Positions 35,715 through 45,343 of a stretch of 64,000 nucleotides of DNA are shown in pieces. Positions within the stretch are counted from its first letter, which is position 1. Each line of letters starts with the position of its first letter. The notes beneath the pieces were generated by a model, which was not told the DNA's origin, did not search any database, and saw only the letters and a program-made list of their open reading frames with translations. The translations under genes and the position numbers were made by a program. Origin of the DNA: an uncultured Verrucomicrobiae bacterium (GTDB lineage Bacteria; Verrucomicrobiota; Verrucomicrobiia; Limisphaerales; JAFGQR01); NCBI GenBank assembly GCA_963788655.1, contig CAWBHS010000076.1:154729-218728 (forward strand), given 5' to 3'.

Positions 35715-37217
35715 CTACGCGAACAGACTCATGATCGGTTTGCCCAAGCCGTCTTTCGTCACGAAGAAGGGGCGTTTCTCCACCTCGTAGGCGAGTTTGG
35801 GCGAGATGCCCAGGGCCTGGTATAACGTTGCGTGCAAGTCCTCGATCACCACGCGGTCGGCCAGCGTTTTGCACGGACGCTCGTCCGCCGTGACCCCGTG
35901 GAGATGACCCCGCTTGAGACCGCCGCCAAACAACAGCACGGAGCCGGCGTCCGTGAAATGCCGGTGCATTCCGTAATTCTTGGGATCCTCGATGGTATCC
36001 GGCACCGGCACCTGATCTTTCACCTTCTTGTTCGGTTTGCCTTCCACCAGCGCGTCGCGACTGAATTCGCTGGCCAGGACAATGAGCGTGCGGTCCAGCA
36101 AGCCGCGTGCTTCCAGGTCCAACACCAGTTGGGCGATCGGCGCGTCGATCTGCTTCTTCATCGCCGTCGCGCGCCGGTGGCCGTTCTCGTGCGTGTCCCA
36201 ATTGAGGAAGGGAATGTATTCCGTTGTCACTTCGATGTAGCGGGCACCGACTTCCGCCAAGCGCCGCGCCAGCAAACAGCCCAAGCCGAAACGCCCCACC
36301 ATTTGCTCTTCGTACTGCGCGCCGAACCGGTCCTGGGTGGCATCGAATCGCTGGCCCGCCTGATACCCTGGCACGTACCGGCGGACGCTTTCCAGCGGTT
36401 CCAAGGATAAATCAAACGCTTTCGCCGCCGGCGAGCTGAGCAATCGATGCGCGTTGTCGAGCGAACGCAACAAGGATTCCTTCTGGTAATCGCTGCCGTG
36501 CGATCCAATCGGGCTGGCGGCCAGCAGCTTTTTGAAAAACGAGTTCCGCCGCTCGAACCGTCCCGGCGTCATCCCCCCTGGCGGCCGCACCGTGTCCGCC
36601 GCGCGATCCGGAAACGGGATATTGAACGGTCCAAATTCGCTGCCCAGAAAACCAGCCGTGGTGAAGGCCTTGAGTTCCTCGCCCTCGCCCACGTCGAAAC
36701 GCTGGCCAACATTGATGAACGCCGGCACCGCCGGATTGTTCGGCCCCAGCGTGCGCGCAATGACTGCCCCGAGGTGCGGCGCGGCCACGGTTTGCGGCGG
36801 GGCATAACCAGTGTGCCATTGATACTGATGGCGCGAGTGCAGAATGAACCCTAGGTCGCCCGCGGTGTAGGAGCGGATCAAAGTGCCGCGATCCATTACT
36901 GCGCCGATCTTTTCCAGTCCCTGGGACAATTTGATGTGGTCCACGGCGGTGTCGATGGCCGGGAAGGTGCTCAGCACTTCGGACGGTTTGATCCCTTTGG
37001 CAAACGGCGTGTAACGTTTGGGATCGAATGTTTCCGTGCTCGCCATGCCGCCGCCCATCCACAAGACAATCAGGGTGTCCGCGCGCGGTTTGATTTTTGT
37101 CGCCTCGACCTCGGCACCCAACAGCGCGCGTGGGTAGCCGGCGGCCAACGCCGAAAGCGTGGCCGTGCTGGCGGTTTTCAGGAAGTCGCGGCGGGTAAAT
37201 TGATGAGAGTGTTTCAT
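35715..37217 (-). CDS. DUF1501 domain protein with Tat signal
   Basis: TRRDFLK Tat motif; LWMGGG..ETFDPK, GCLLARRLAEVG, WDTH, SEFSR, GGGLKRG and DLHAT motifs. Confidence 0.92.
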   Translation of the reverse strand: MKHSHQFTRRDFLKTASTATLSALAAGYPRALLGAEVEATKIKPRADTLIVLWMGGGMASTETFDPKRYTPFAKGIKPSEVLSTFPAIDTAVDHIKLSQGLEKIGAVMDRGTLIRSYTAGDLGFILHSRHQYQWHTGYAPPQTVAAPHLGAVIARTLGPNNPAVPAFINVGQRFDVGEGEELKAFTTAGFLGSEFGPFNIPFPDRAADTVRPPGGMTPGRFERRNSFFKKLLAASPIGSHGSDYQKESLLRSLDNAHRLLSSPAAKAFDLSLEPLESVRRYVPGYQAGQRFDATQDRFGAQYEEQMVGRFGLGCLLARRLAEVGARYIEVTTEYIPFLNWDTHENGHRRATAMKKQIDAPIAQLVLDLEARGLLDRTLIVLASEFSRDALVEGKPNKKVKDQVPVPDTIEDPKNYGMHRHFTDAGSVLLFGGGLKRGHLHGVTADERPCKTLADRVVIEDLHATLYQALGISPKLAYEVEKRPFFVTKDGLGKPIMSLFA

Positions 37218-37223
37218 GAGCGG

Positions 37224-39188
37224 TTAGTAGATCAATTGGAACTCGGGCAACATCGCCATCGCCCACAGGAAATCCTCGACAGGTTCGGGCCGGGCCGGTT
37301 CGCCGATCAACTCGCGGGCGTCGTCCAATTCGGCGTCCCCAGGTAGTCGGCCGAGACCCGACAGGTAGAGCTGCCGCACCAGATCCTCGGTGGAATCCGG
37401 GGGCTTGGCGAGTAACTTGCGGGCGCCTTCTTCGAGAATGCGAGTCAGCGTTTTGCCGTTGGTTAATTCCAGCGCCTGGAGCGTGGTAGCGGTGGCTTGC
37501 CGGCAGGTCATCATTTGCTCGCGCGGCGGACGGCCCAGCGCGGTGGTAAGCGGATCGGCCGGCACCAGGCTGGTGCGAACTTGGCCGGGATTAGCGGCCG
37601 ATGCCTGGTCACCTTTTCGCGGTGGCAAATGGGTGTCATCCATTTTGAAAGCAGCTTTGGCGTACCAGACCCCCGTCAACTGCCCCAGTGCGTCGCGAAA
37701 TTCCTCCGCCGTCATCCGGCGCACTGCCGGCCCGGTGAACACGTAGTCAGGGCGCTTTTGATCGTCGTGGTTTACGGCCGGCATTTGGTAGGCGTGCGAG
37801 GTGAGAATCAGTTGCATGGTGCGCTTCAGATCGTAGCCGTGCGCCACGAGATCTTCGGCCAGCCAATCCAAAAGGTCGGGATGCCAGGCGGGTTGTTCCA
37901 TGTCGTCCAGCGGTTCCACCAAGCCGACGCCGAGGAACTTTTGCCAGAGCCGATTGACGATGGTGCGGCTCAAGCGTCCGTTCTGCCGCGACGTCAGGAT
38001 TTCCGCCAGGCGCCTCTCCTTTTCGGCTTTGGGTGCGTCGGTGGGGATGGTGCCGAGCTCCGGATAAAGAAATTTGGCCAGCGCCTGGTGCCCCGTGGGT
38101 TTGTCGCAACGGAACATGGGCAGCGGGCCGTCCGCGTACACCGCCGCCATGCCGTAGGCGTCCGCCAAAGTCCAGTCGTTGATGAAGCTGTCGTGGCAGG
38201 AAGCGCACTTGAGATTCACGCCCATGAACAGTTGCGAAATGTTTTGCGCGGTCTGCATCTCCGGTGCCTGACTGGCATTGACCACCCCGCGCCAGACAAT
38301 GCCTTTGACAAAACCTTCCGAAGCCGGCGTGGGATTGACCAACTGGGCGACCAACTGATCGTACGGCAGGTTGTTGGCCAGCGCGGTGTAGAGCCACGAA
38401 GTAATCTGCTTCCGGCCGCCATCGATGTAACCTGTGCCCCGGTAGTCGTTGCGCAGGGCATCGTTCCAAAACGTCAGCCAATGGTCGGCATAACGGCGCT
38501 TGTCCGCCAGCAAGCGGTCCACCAGCCGTTCGCGTTTGTCCGCGCGCGCATCATCGAGGAAGGCTTTAAGTTCGTCCGGGGAAGGCAACAGGCCGATCAC
38601 ATCGAGATAAACCCGGCGGGCAAAAACTCGGTCGCCGACGGTTTGCATCGCGTCCACGTGCTGCGCCGCCAGGTAGGCTGCGAGCAACCGGTCAATCGGA
38701 TGCGTTCGGCCCGCGACGGCGGGGGGCAGTTCCGGTTGGCGAGGTTGGAGGTTTCGAGGAGGGCGTTTGGCAAAAGTCACTCCCGCATCCCAAACCAGAC
38801 CCTGATCAATCCACGCGCGCAACAGGCCGACTTGGACGGGGGTAAGCCGGGAGCCTTTCATCGGCATCACGGTGTCCGGATTCAGGCCGGAAACCAGTTC
38901 GATCAAATAACTGTCGGCGCTTTTGCCGACCACGACCGCCGGACCGGAATCACCGCCTTTGAGCAGCGAATCGCGCGTCTCCAGGCTGAAGCCGCTTTTG
39001 GTCCGACCGCGGCCATGGCACCGGATGCAACTGGCCTCGAAAATGGGCTGCACGTCTTTGGCAAAGTGAACGGTTCGACTTGCGGGCGGCGGCAATTGGG
39101 CGACTTGCTCCGGTGTGAGTTCGGCGAGCGCGAGCCTGCCCCCTCCCACCAGCATGGACAACATGAGAAACCACAGAACAGCCTTCAT
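37224..39188 (-). CDS. Planctomycete cytochrome C + DUF1549 + DUF1553 (PSD1) protein
   Basis: Signal peptide; FAKDVQPIFEASCIRCHG, RRVYLDVIGLLP, CASCHD, IVNRLWQKFLG, HPDLLDWLA and LQALEL motifs. Confidence 0.92.
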   Translation of the reverse strand: MKAVLWFLMLSMLVGGGRLALAELTPEQVAQLPPPASRTVHFAKDVQPIFEASCIRCHGRGRTKSGFSLETRDSLLKGGDSGPAVVVGKSADSYLIELVSGLNPDTVMPMKGSRLTPVQVGLLRAWIDQGLVWDAGVTFAKRPPRNLQPRQPELPPAVAGRTHPIDRLLAAYLAAQHVDAMQTVGDRVFARRVYLDVIGLLPSPDELKAFLDDARADKRERLVDRLLADKRRYADHWLTFWNDALRNDYRGTGYIDGGRKQITSWLYTALANNLPYDQLVAQLVNPTPASEGFVKGIVWRGVVNASQAPEMQTAQNISQLFMGVNLKCASCHDSFINDWTLADAYGMAAVYADGPLPMFRCDKPTGHQALAKFLYPELGTIPTDAPKAEKERRLAEILTSRQNGRLSRTIVNRLWQKFLGVGLVEPLDDMEQPAWHPDLLDWLAEDLVAHGYDLKRTMQLILTSHAYQMPAVNHDDQKRPDYVFTGPAVRRMTAEEFRDALGQLTGVWYAKAAFKMDDTHLPPRKGDQASAANPGQVRTSLVPADPLTTALGRPPREQMMTCRQATATTLQALELTNGKTLTRILEEGARKLLAKPPDSTEDLVRQLYLSGLGRLPGDAELDDARELIGEPARPEPVEDFLWAMAMLPEFQLIY

Positions 39189-39249
39189 TATGGCAAGTTT
39201 AAGCACATCCCATTGCGATTGCCAAGCAAAAGGTTGGGTCGAGGTTTCT

Positions 39250-39380
39250 TCTCGCACACTCTCGCGCCATACGAAATCTTTACGGCGTTTGAATTCGGAG
39301 GGTCCAATCTTGGGAACGGCGACTTGCTGCGTGAGGTTGAGGAACGGTTCGAAGTTTCTCTTACGACGGATCAAAACCCG
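39250..39380 (+). pseudogene. Remnant of a DUF5615 (VapC45-like PIN) toxin gene
   Basis: HTLAPYEIFTAFEFGGSNLGNGDLLREVEERFEVSLTTDQN fits the family pattern HEVxTAxExGWxxLxNGxLL...FDVxxTTDxN. No start codon or C-terminus. Confidence 0.55.
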
Positions 39381-39445
39381 CCCGCCAAGCTTGACCGAAT
39401 GGACTTGGTTTCCACCAATGCCGAATGTAGTTTTAGGTTCCACCT

Positions 39446-41275
39446 ATGATACCGAAAGAGATTTACCGGAATTTGCTCAAACAACTTCAACAACGCCGAG
39501 GCTCATCCTTGGCACCGGAGCCGTATCGAAGGTCACTCCATGTTTTCAAGATACCGACTTCCGTGTTTTCGTGCGTTTGTTGGGCTGGCACCTTGTTTTG
39601 TTTCGCCGCCGTTGGTTTCGCGGGGGTTGCAGCGGCCCAGCAAACCGGTCAGCCACGCATCGTTAACATCTACAATTTTATCCGGAACTCGGATTTTCGA
39701 CTGCGGGATTCCGAGGAGATTTTATTTGATTGCACGCGCCGACAAATCGAATTGCTCAAGAACGCCAATCTGCCGGCGACCTGGGCCTTGCAATACGATG
39801 CGTTGATCAATCCGCGCTACCCAAAGCTGCTAAAGGAACGATTGGGGACAAAGGATGAGATCGCCGCCTGGTGGGAAATTCCGCAGCCACTGGCCGAAAA
39901 AGCGGGCTTGAAGTGGCGGGGCCGCCATGAGTGGGATCCCGAGGCGCAGGTTGGATTTTCGCCGGGTTACACACCGGAGGAGCGTCGCCGGCTGGTGGAT
40001 GTTTACATGGCAGATTTCAAGGCCATCTTTGGTTGCTACCCGCGAACGGTCGGCTCCTGGTTTATCGACGAAGTCACTTTGGAATACCTGGCTAAAAAAT
40101 ACGGGGTCGTGGCGTCGTGCAATTGCAAGGATCAAATCGGCACGGACTTTTACACTCTATGGGGTGGCTATTGGAATCAGGCTTATTATCCCAGCCGGGT
40201 GAACGCCTACATGCCCGCGCAAACCCGCAAAGGTCAGATCGATATTCCCGTCTTCCGCATGTTGGGCAGCGACCCCATCTATCAACATGGCACCACCCGG
40301 GGTCTGATCTCGTTGGAACCCGTTTACCAGAAGGGCGGTGGCGGTATGCCCAAGTGGGTTGATTGGTTCATGAATAGTCTGATGCACCAGCCGGCCCTGG
40401 CTTTTGCCTACACCCAGGCCGGGCAGGAGAATTCATTTGGATGGGACGCGATGAAGGATGGTTTGACCTATCAGGTGAAGCTTCTTGCCACGTTGGCCCA
40501 GGAGAGGCAGATCCGGGTCGAGACGCTGGAACAGACCGGCAAATGGTTTCGTAAGAACTTTCCGGTAACCCCGGCAACGTGCGTCGTCGCCCTGGATGAT
40601 TGGAAGGAGCAAGGCAGCAAGACAGTGTGGTATGACAGCCGGTTCTATCGCCTGAACATTCTGTGGGAAAGAGACTCCTTCTTCATCCGCGACATCCATT
40701 GCTTCGATGAAAAAATAGTTTCGCCCACCCATGAGTCACCGCTCACGCACACCTCCCTGGTCTATGAAACGTTGCCCCTGGTTGATTGGGCTTATTGGTC
40801 ACATTCAGGCCGGAAATCGGCCGGTCTGTTGCCAGTAGTCATTTCGACTGACGGCACGAGCTCGCCCATGCAACCGGAAGGCGTGCCGGTAATGAAGGAA
40901 CTGAACTCAACCGAGCTGAGTGTGGTTCAGCCGATCAAGGGCGGTGGAACCCTTTCCATCGTATGCGCCGAAGAGAAAGTCACGTTCATCGGCAAGGACG
41001 CGCAGGGCAAACGCTTGAACTGGGCTTGGATCATTGTCGGTGGTGATGACCTTAAATCACTCGTGAACGAGGTCAGTGCCAAGCGCGTAGCATACCGTCA
41101 CTCGGGGGTGGACTATCAGTTGAAGCTCGGCTCGCGGGCAGGCTCCTGTCGTAAACTTGGCGACGGGAGTATCCAACTGATGCCGAACAATAGGGGAAAA
41201 CTTGTCTTGGAACTGGATACCACCAGGGTTGCGGCTATGGCCGATAAGCACGATTCCGAACCTGGCAATAAATAG
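39446..41275 (+). CDS. Conserved secreted protein, possibly carbohydrate-active
   Basis: 609-aa ORF; signal-like segment before QPRIVNIYNFIR, then TWALQYDAL, NCKDQIGTDFYTLWGGYWNQAYYPS and GQENSFGW. True start probably downstream of 39446. Confidence 0.7.
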   Translation: MIPKEIYRNLLKQLQQRRGSSLAPEPYRRSLHVFKIPTSVFSCVCWAGTLFCFAAVGFAGVAAAQQTGQPRIVNIYNFIRNSDFRLRDSEEILFDCTRRQIELLKNANLPATWALQYDALINPRYPKLLKERLGTKDEIAAWWEIPQPLAEKAGLKWRGRHEWDPEAQVGFSPGYTPEERRRLVDVYMADFKAIFGCYPRTVGSWFIDEVTLEYLAKKYGVVASCNCKDQIGTDFYTLWGGYWNQAYYPSRVNAYMPAQTRKGQIDIPVFRMLGSDPIYQHGTTRGLISLEPVYQKGGGGMPKWVDWFMNSLMHQPALAFAYTQAGQENSFGWDAMKDGLTYQVKLLATLAQERQIRVETLEQTGKWFRKNFPVTPATCVVALDDWKEQGSKTVWYDSRFYRLNILWERDSFFIRDIHCFDEKIVSPTHESPLTHTSLVYETLPLVDWAYWSHSGRKSAGLLPVVISTDGTSSPMQPEGVPVMKELNSTELSVVQPIKGGGTLSIVCAEEKVTFIGKDAQGKRLNWAWIIVGGDDLKSLVNEVSAKRVAYRHSGVDYQLKLGSRAGSCRKLGDGSIQLMPNNRGKLVLELDTTRVAAMADKHDSEPGNK

Positions 41276-41309
41276 AAAATCGTGAACGTGGCAGCATCGC
41301 CGCGGCGCA

Positions 41310-41480
41310 ATTTGACGCATGGCCGCGATGAGGAGGACCGCCGGGGCATTCTGGTTAGACTGGGCGAAGCTCTGACCTGGGGCAAAATTGGTTGGCAGGT
41401 GCAGGGGCTCGGGCCAATGCCCGATCGCTTTCACTTGGTGGTCGAGACCCTGCGCGGCCGTTGGATGGCGGGACAAGTTT
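41310..41480 (+). pseudogene. Degenerate fragment of a REP-associated tyrosine transposase (RAYT/Y1_Tnp, IS200-like)
   Basis: DEEDRRGILVRLGEAL..KIGWQVQGLGPMPDRFHLVVETLRG..MAG parallels the DDxDR..FL..LGEAC.KTGWQVHAYCLMxNHFHLVVETP pattern; the HuH motif has decayed to RFH. Confidence 0.65.
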
Positions 41481-41598
41481 CGGAACACGAAGTGGTCCGG
41501 AGCGCGCGCCCGCCTCAGGCGCTGTTTTCCGCGCCTTGGGGAAAACGCCGAAGCGTGGCCCGAGTGGCGCGGCGGCGAGGTGGCCGCCGCACCATTGC

Positions 41599-41645
41599 GC
41601 CGGACGCGAGGCGCGTCCGGCAACCCCGGGACGGGCGTGCTCCCC
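41599..41645 (+). repeat. REP-like double-hairpin element, family B, copy 3
   Basis: gccggacgcg-AGG-cgcgtccggc followed by aaccccgggacgggcgtgctcccc. Confidence 0.7.
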
Positions 41646-41774
41646 AATCCACCGGACCGGGCGCCACCCCTGCAATGTCAATGCCGGATTGTCGCAAAGC
41701 TCGCGTTTGCAATCGGCATGACAATCTGCCGGCAAGCCGGTAAGCTCGCCGCGAACACCGAACGGACACTAACT

Positions 41775-44367
41775 ATGAGTTCTAATTGCTTGCTCGTTTC
41801 AACGGAATCCAGACCCCGCCTGGCTGCCGGATGCCCCCTCGTCAGTCAAGTGTTGTTGATGGTGGCGGCCAGTTGGCTGGGTGCTGGTTGGCTGCCCGCC
41901 CAGGGGACGCGCGCGGATTACGAACGCGCCGGCCATTTGCGCGAACTGACCCAGGGCAAAGTCTATCGCGACCGGGTCCAACCGCATTGGCTCGAAGGCG
42001 ACACGCAGTTCTGGTATCAAGTCAAGACCGGAGCCGACACCAGTGAGTTCGTTTTGGTCGATGCCGAAAAGGGCACGCGAAAGGCGGCCTTCGATCACGC
42101 CCGCTTGGCGCAGGCGCTGACCGCGGCCGGGGTTGCTGATGCGCGCGCGGATCGCTTGCCGCTCGACAAATTGGAATGGATGCTGGCGGACAACGCCATC
42201 ACGTTTCGCACGGGCGGCCAAGGTTGGCGCTGCGACCTGAAGACCTACGAGTTACAGTCACGACCGACTCCGAACGACCAACCCTTGCCGGCGTTTCGAA
42301 TGCAGGACGCCCCTCGCGCCAGCCGGCGAACCGGACCGGAAACGGCGCTGACCTTCGTGAATCACACTTCCGGCGACGTGGAATTGTTTTGGTTGGATAC
42401 TGAAGGCGAACGGCGCAGTTACGGCAAATTGCGCGCCGGCCAGGAACGCGAACAGCACACCTTCGCCGGCCATGTCTGGCTGGTCGTGGACAGCCAGGGA
42501 AAACCGATCGCCACTTTTGAAGCGGAAGAGGATCCGGGCACCGCTGAAATTCCTCCGCGGACCACACAGCGTTCGCCGGCCCGCGGCGGCGCGCGGCGGG
42601 GGCGTCCCAACCGTGGCGTAACTCCGCGCGACACTTCGCCGGACGGCCATTGGCGCGCGTATCTTCCAGGACCACAACGTCATGGTTCGCGACCTGACCA
42701 ACGGAAAAGAAATGGCGCTCAGCCGCGATGGCAACGAGGAGGATGCTTATTCCGGCCGCATTTATTGGTCGCCGGATTCGAAGAAGCTCGTGGCCATCCG
42801 CACCCAGAAAGGCGAAGAGCATAAGGTCTATCTTATCGAGTCGTCGCCCAAAGACCAGGTGCAGCCCAAGCTTCAATCCATTGATTATCCCAAGCCCGGC
42901 GACCGTATCCCGATGGCCAAGCCCCAATTGTTCGACGTGGTTGCGCAGCAGCACGTCCCGGTGAGCGACGAGTTGTTCCCCAATCCGTGGAGCATCAGTG
43001 ACGTGCGCTGGGAGCCCGATTCGAGCCGGTTCACGTTCCTTTACAATCAGCGCGGGCACCAGGTGCTGCGCATTGTGGCGGTCAATGCGACGACCGGCGC
43101 GGCCTGTCCCATCGTGGATGAGCAAAGCAAAACGTTCATCGATTACTCCGGCAAGTTGTTCGTCGAATATCTCGAGGACACCGGGGAAATCATCTGGATG
43201 TCCGAACGCGATGGCTGGAATCATCTGTACCTTTATGACGCGAAGACCGGCCAGGTGAAGAATCAGATTACCCAAGGTGAATGGGTGGTCCGCGGCGTCG
43301 AGCGGGTGGACCGCGAGCAACGCCAAATCTGGTTTCGTGCCGGCGGCATCCGGCCGGGACAGGATCCTTACTACGTCCACTATGGCCGGGTAAATTTCGA
43401 CGGGTCCGATCTGACGATTCTCACCGCCGGCGACGGCACCCATTCGATTCGATACTCGCCCGACCGCCGGTTCTTCATCGACACCTACTCCCGGGTGGAT
43501 ATGCCGCCGGTCAACGAACTGCGGCGCACCGAGGACGGCAAGCTCGTTTGCGAATTGGAGCAGGCCGACTGGAGGGCCTTGCGGAAGACCGGTTGGCGCG
43601 CCCCGGAACGTTTCGTGGCCAAAGGCCGGGACGGCGAAACGGATATTTACGGCGTGATCATCCGCCCGACAAATTTCGATCCCCAGAAGAAATACCCGAT
43701 CATTGAAAACATTTATGCGGGGCCACAAGGCTCGTTTGTGCCGAAACGGTTCAGCCCGTTCACCCGCATGCAGGAACTGGCCGAATTGGGTTTCATCGTC
43801 GTGCAAATGGACGGCATGGGCACCTCGGATCGCTCGAAGAAATTCCATGACATGTGCTGGAGGAACCTGGGCGATGCCGGATTTCCGGACCGCATTCCAT
43901 GGATCAAAGCGGCCGCTGCCAAGTATCCGTGGATGGACCTGACGCGCGTCGGCATTTACGGCACTTCGGCGGGCGGGCAAAGCGCGCTCGGAGGTTTATT
44001 GACGCACGGCGATTTCTATCGGGCCGGGGTGGCGGACAGCGGTTGTCACGACAATCGGATGGATAAAATCTGGTGGAACGAACAGTGGATGGGTTGGCCG
44101 CTCGGCCCCTGGTACGCCGAGCAGTCCAACGTGACGCTGGCGCCCAAGCTCCGCGGCAAATTGCTGCTCATGGTCGGCGAATTGGACAAGAACGTCGATC
44201 CGGCGAGCACGATGCAAGTCGTCAATGCCTTGATCAAAGCGGACAAGGATTTCGACCTGCTCGTCGTGCCGGGCGCCGGTCACGGAGTGGCGGGATCGCG
44301 CTACGGCTGGCGGCGGTTGGAAGACTTTTTCGTGCGGAATTTGCTTGGCGTCGAGCCGCGAAGCTAA
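41775..44367 (+). CDS. S9 family (DPP IV-like) peptidase with inserted VHL-beta-like domain; frameshift near 42665
   Basis: ORFs 41388-42824 and 42682-44367 join. DPPIV_N propeller, YAGPQG, nucleophile motif GTSAGG, D in DKNVD and H in GAGHG. Confidence 0.9.
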
Positions 44368-44385
44368 CACCATTTAACGCATACT

Positions 44386-45081
44386 ATGAAAAATATCATT
44401 TCATCCATGCTGTTCCTCGCCGGAGCGCTTGCACTCGGCGCGGCCAACCACGATTTGGCGCTGCCGCCTCACGGACATCCCGATTCCCAAAACTGGCCGA
44501 ATCTGTTCAAGCCGGATCTCTCGGATGCCAAGTTTCCCAAGGGCGTCTGGACAGTCGAGAACGGCGTGATGACGGCATCGGAGGACCAGGCGATTTGGTC
44601 GGACAAGGACCACCGGAACTTCATGCTCGACCTGGAATTCAAGACCGCCAAGGAATCCAACAGCGGCGTGATTGTCTATTGCAGCGACATGAACAACTGG
44701 ATTCCCAACTCGGTGGAGATTCAGATTGCCGATGATCACGCCGAGAAATGGGCCAAGTCACCGGCCACATGGCACTGCGCGGCGTTCTTCGGGCACAAGG
44801 CGCCGACCAAGAGTCTGGTGAAGCAACCGGGCGAATGGAACCGCATGACCGTGGCCTGCCAGGGCAAACACATTTATGTGGTGCTCAACGGGCAACTGGT
44901 TAACCAGATTGATTTGAGCCGCTTCACCAGCGCCAAAACCAATCCTGACGGCACCCCGATACCGGAATGGCTGAGCAAGCCATGGGCCGAACTGCCCACG
45001 CATGGCCGCATTGGGCTCCAAGGCAAGCATGCCGGCGCGCCGATCTATTTTCGGAACGTCAAGATTCACCGCCTCGACTGA
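44386..45081 (+). CDS. DUF1080 (3-keto-disaccharide hydrolase-like) protein
   Basis: Signal peptide; NFMLDLEFK, NSGV, EIQIADD, GEWNRM and GRIGLQGKH...IYFRNVKI motifs. Confidence 0.92.
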   Translation: MKNIISSMLFLAGALALGAANHDLALPPHGHPDSQNWPNLFKPDLSDAKFPKGVWTVENGVMTASEDQAIWSDKDHRNFMLDLEFKTAKESNSGVIVYCSDMNNWIPNSVEIQIADDHAEKWAKSPATWHCAAFFGHKAPTKSLVKQPGEWNRMTVACQGKHIYVVLNGQLVNQIDLSRFTSAKTNPDGTPIPEWLSKPWAELPTHGRIGLQGKHAGAPIYFRNVKIHRLD

Positions 45082-45114
45082 AGCGGGGGCTCGCCTGGGG
45101 TGAAGAGTTGTTCA

Positions 45115-45246
45115 CCCTCCCCACGAACCATTGTCGCAGCGGACGTGAGTCCGCTCGATCTGAATTCGAAAGGAGTCCGCGCGGCGGACTCACGTCCGCT
45201 GCGACAATGGTTCAGAAGTTCAACGCGCGACAATTTTCGGGGAATT
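45115..45246 (-). repeat. ~130-bp dispersed element (family C), second copy
   Basis: Contains the inverted pair gcagcggacgtgagtccgc / gcggactcacgtccgctgc. The reverse complement aligns with 35309-35437, including the ttcgaattcaga spacer. Confidence 0.85.
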
Positions 45247-45343
45247 GAACTACGCTCTGGACTTCGTGGACTTCCTGCCACCAGTTCGCCGCGGTTAGAC
45301 CCAACTCCCAGCAACAAGCAAAATAGTTTCATTGTGGACCAGC

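Noticed and set aside
35277..45246. CRISPR array
   Set aside because: The palindromic repeats occur as inverted pairs, not regularly spaced direct repeats with unique spacers, and no cas genes are present.
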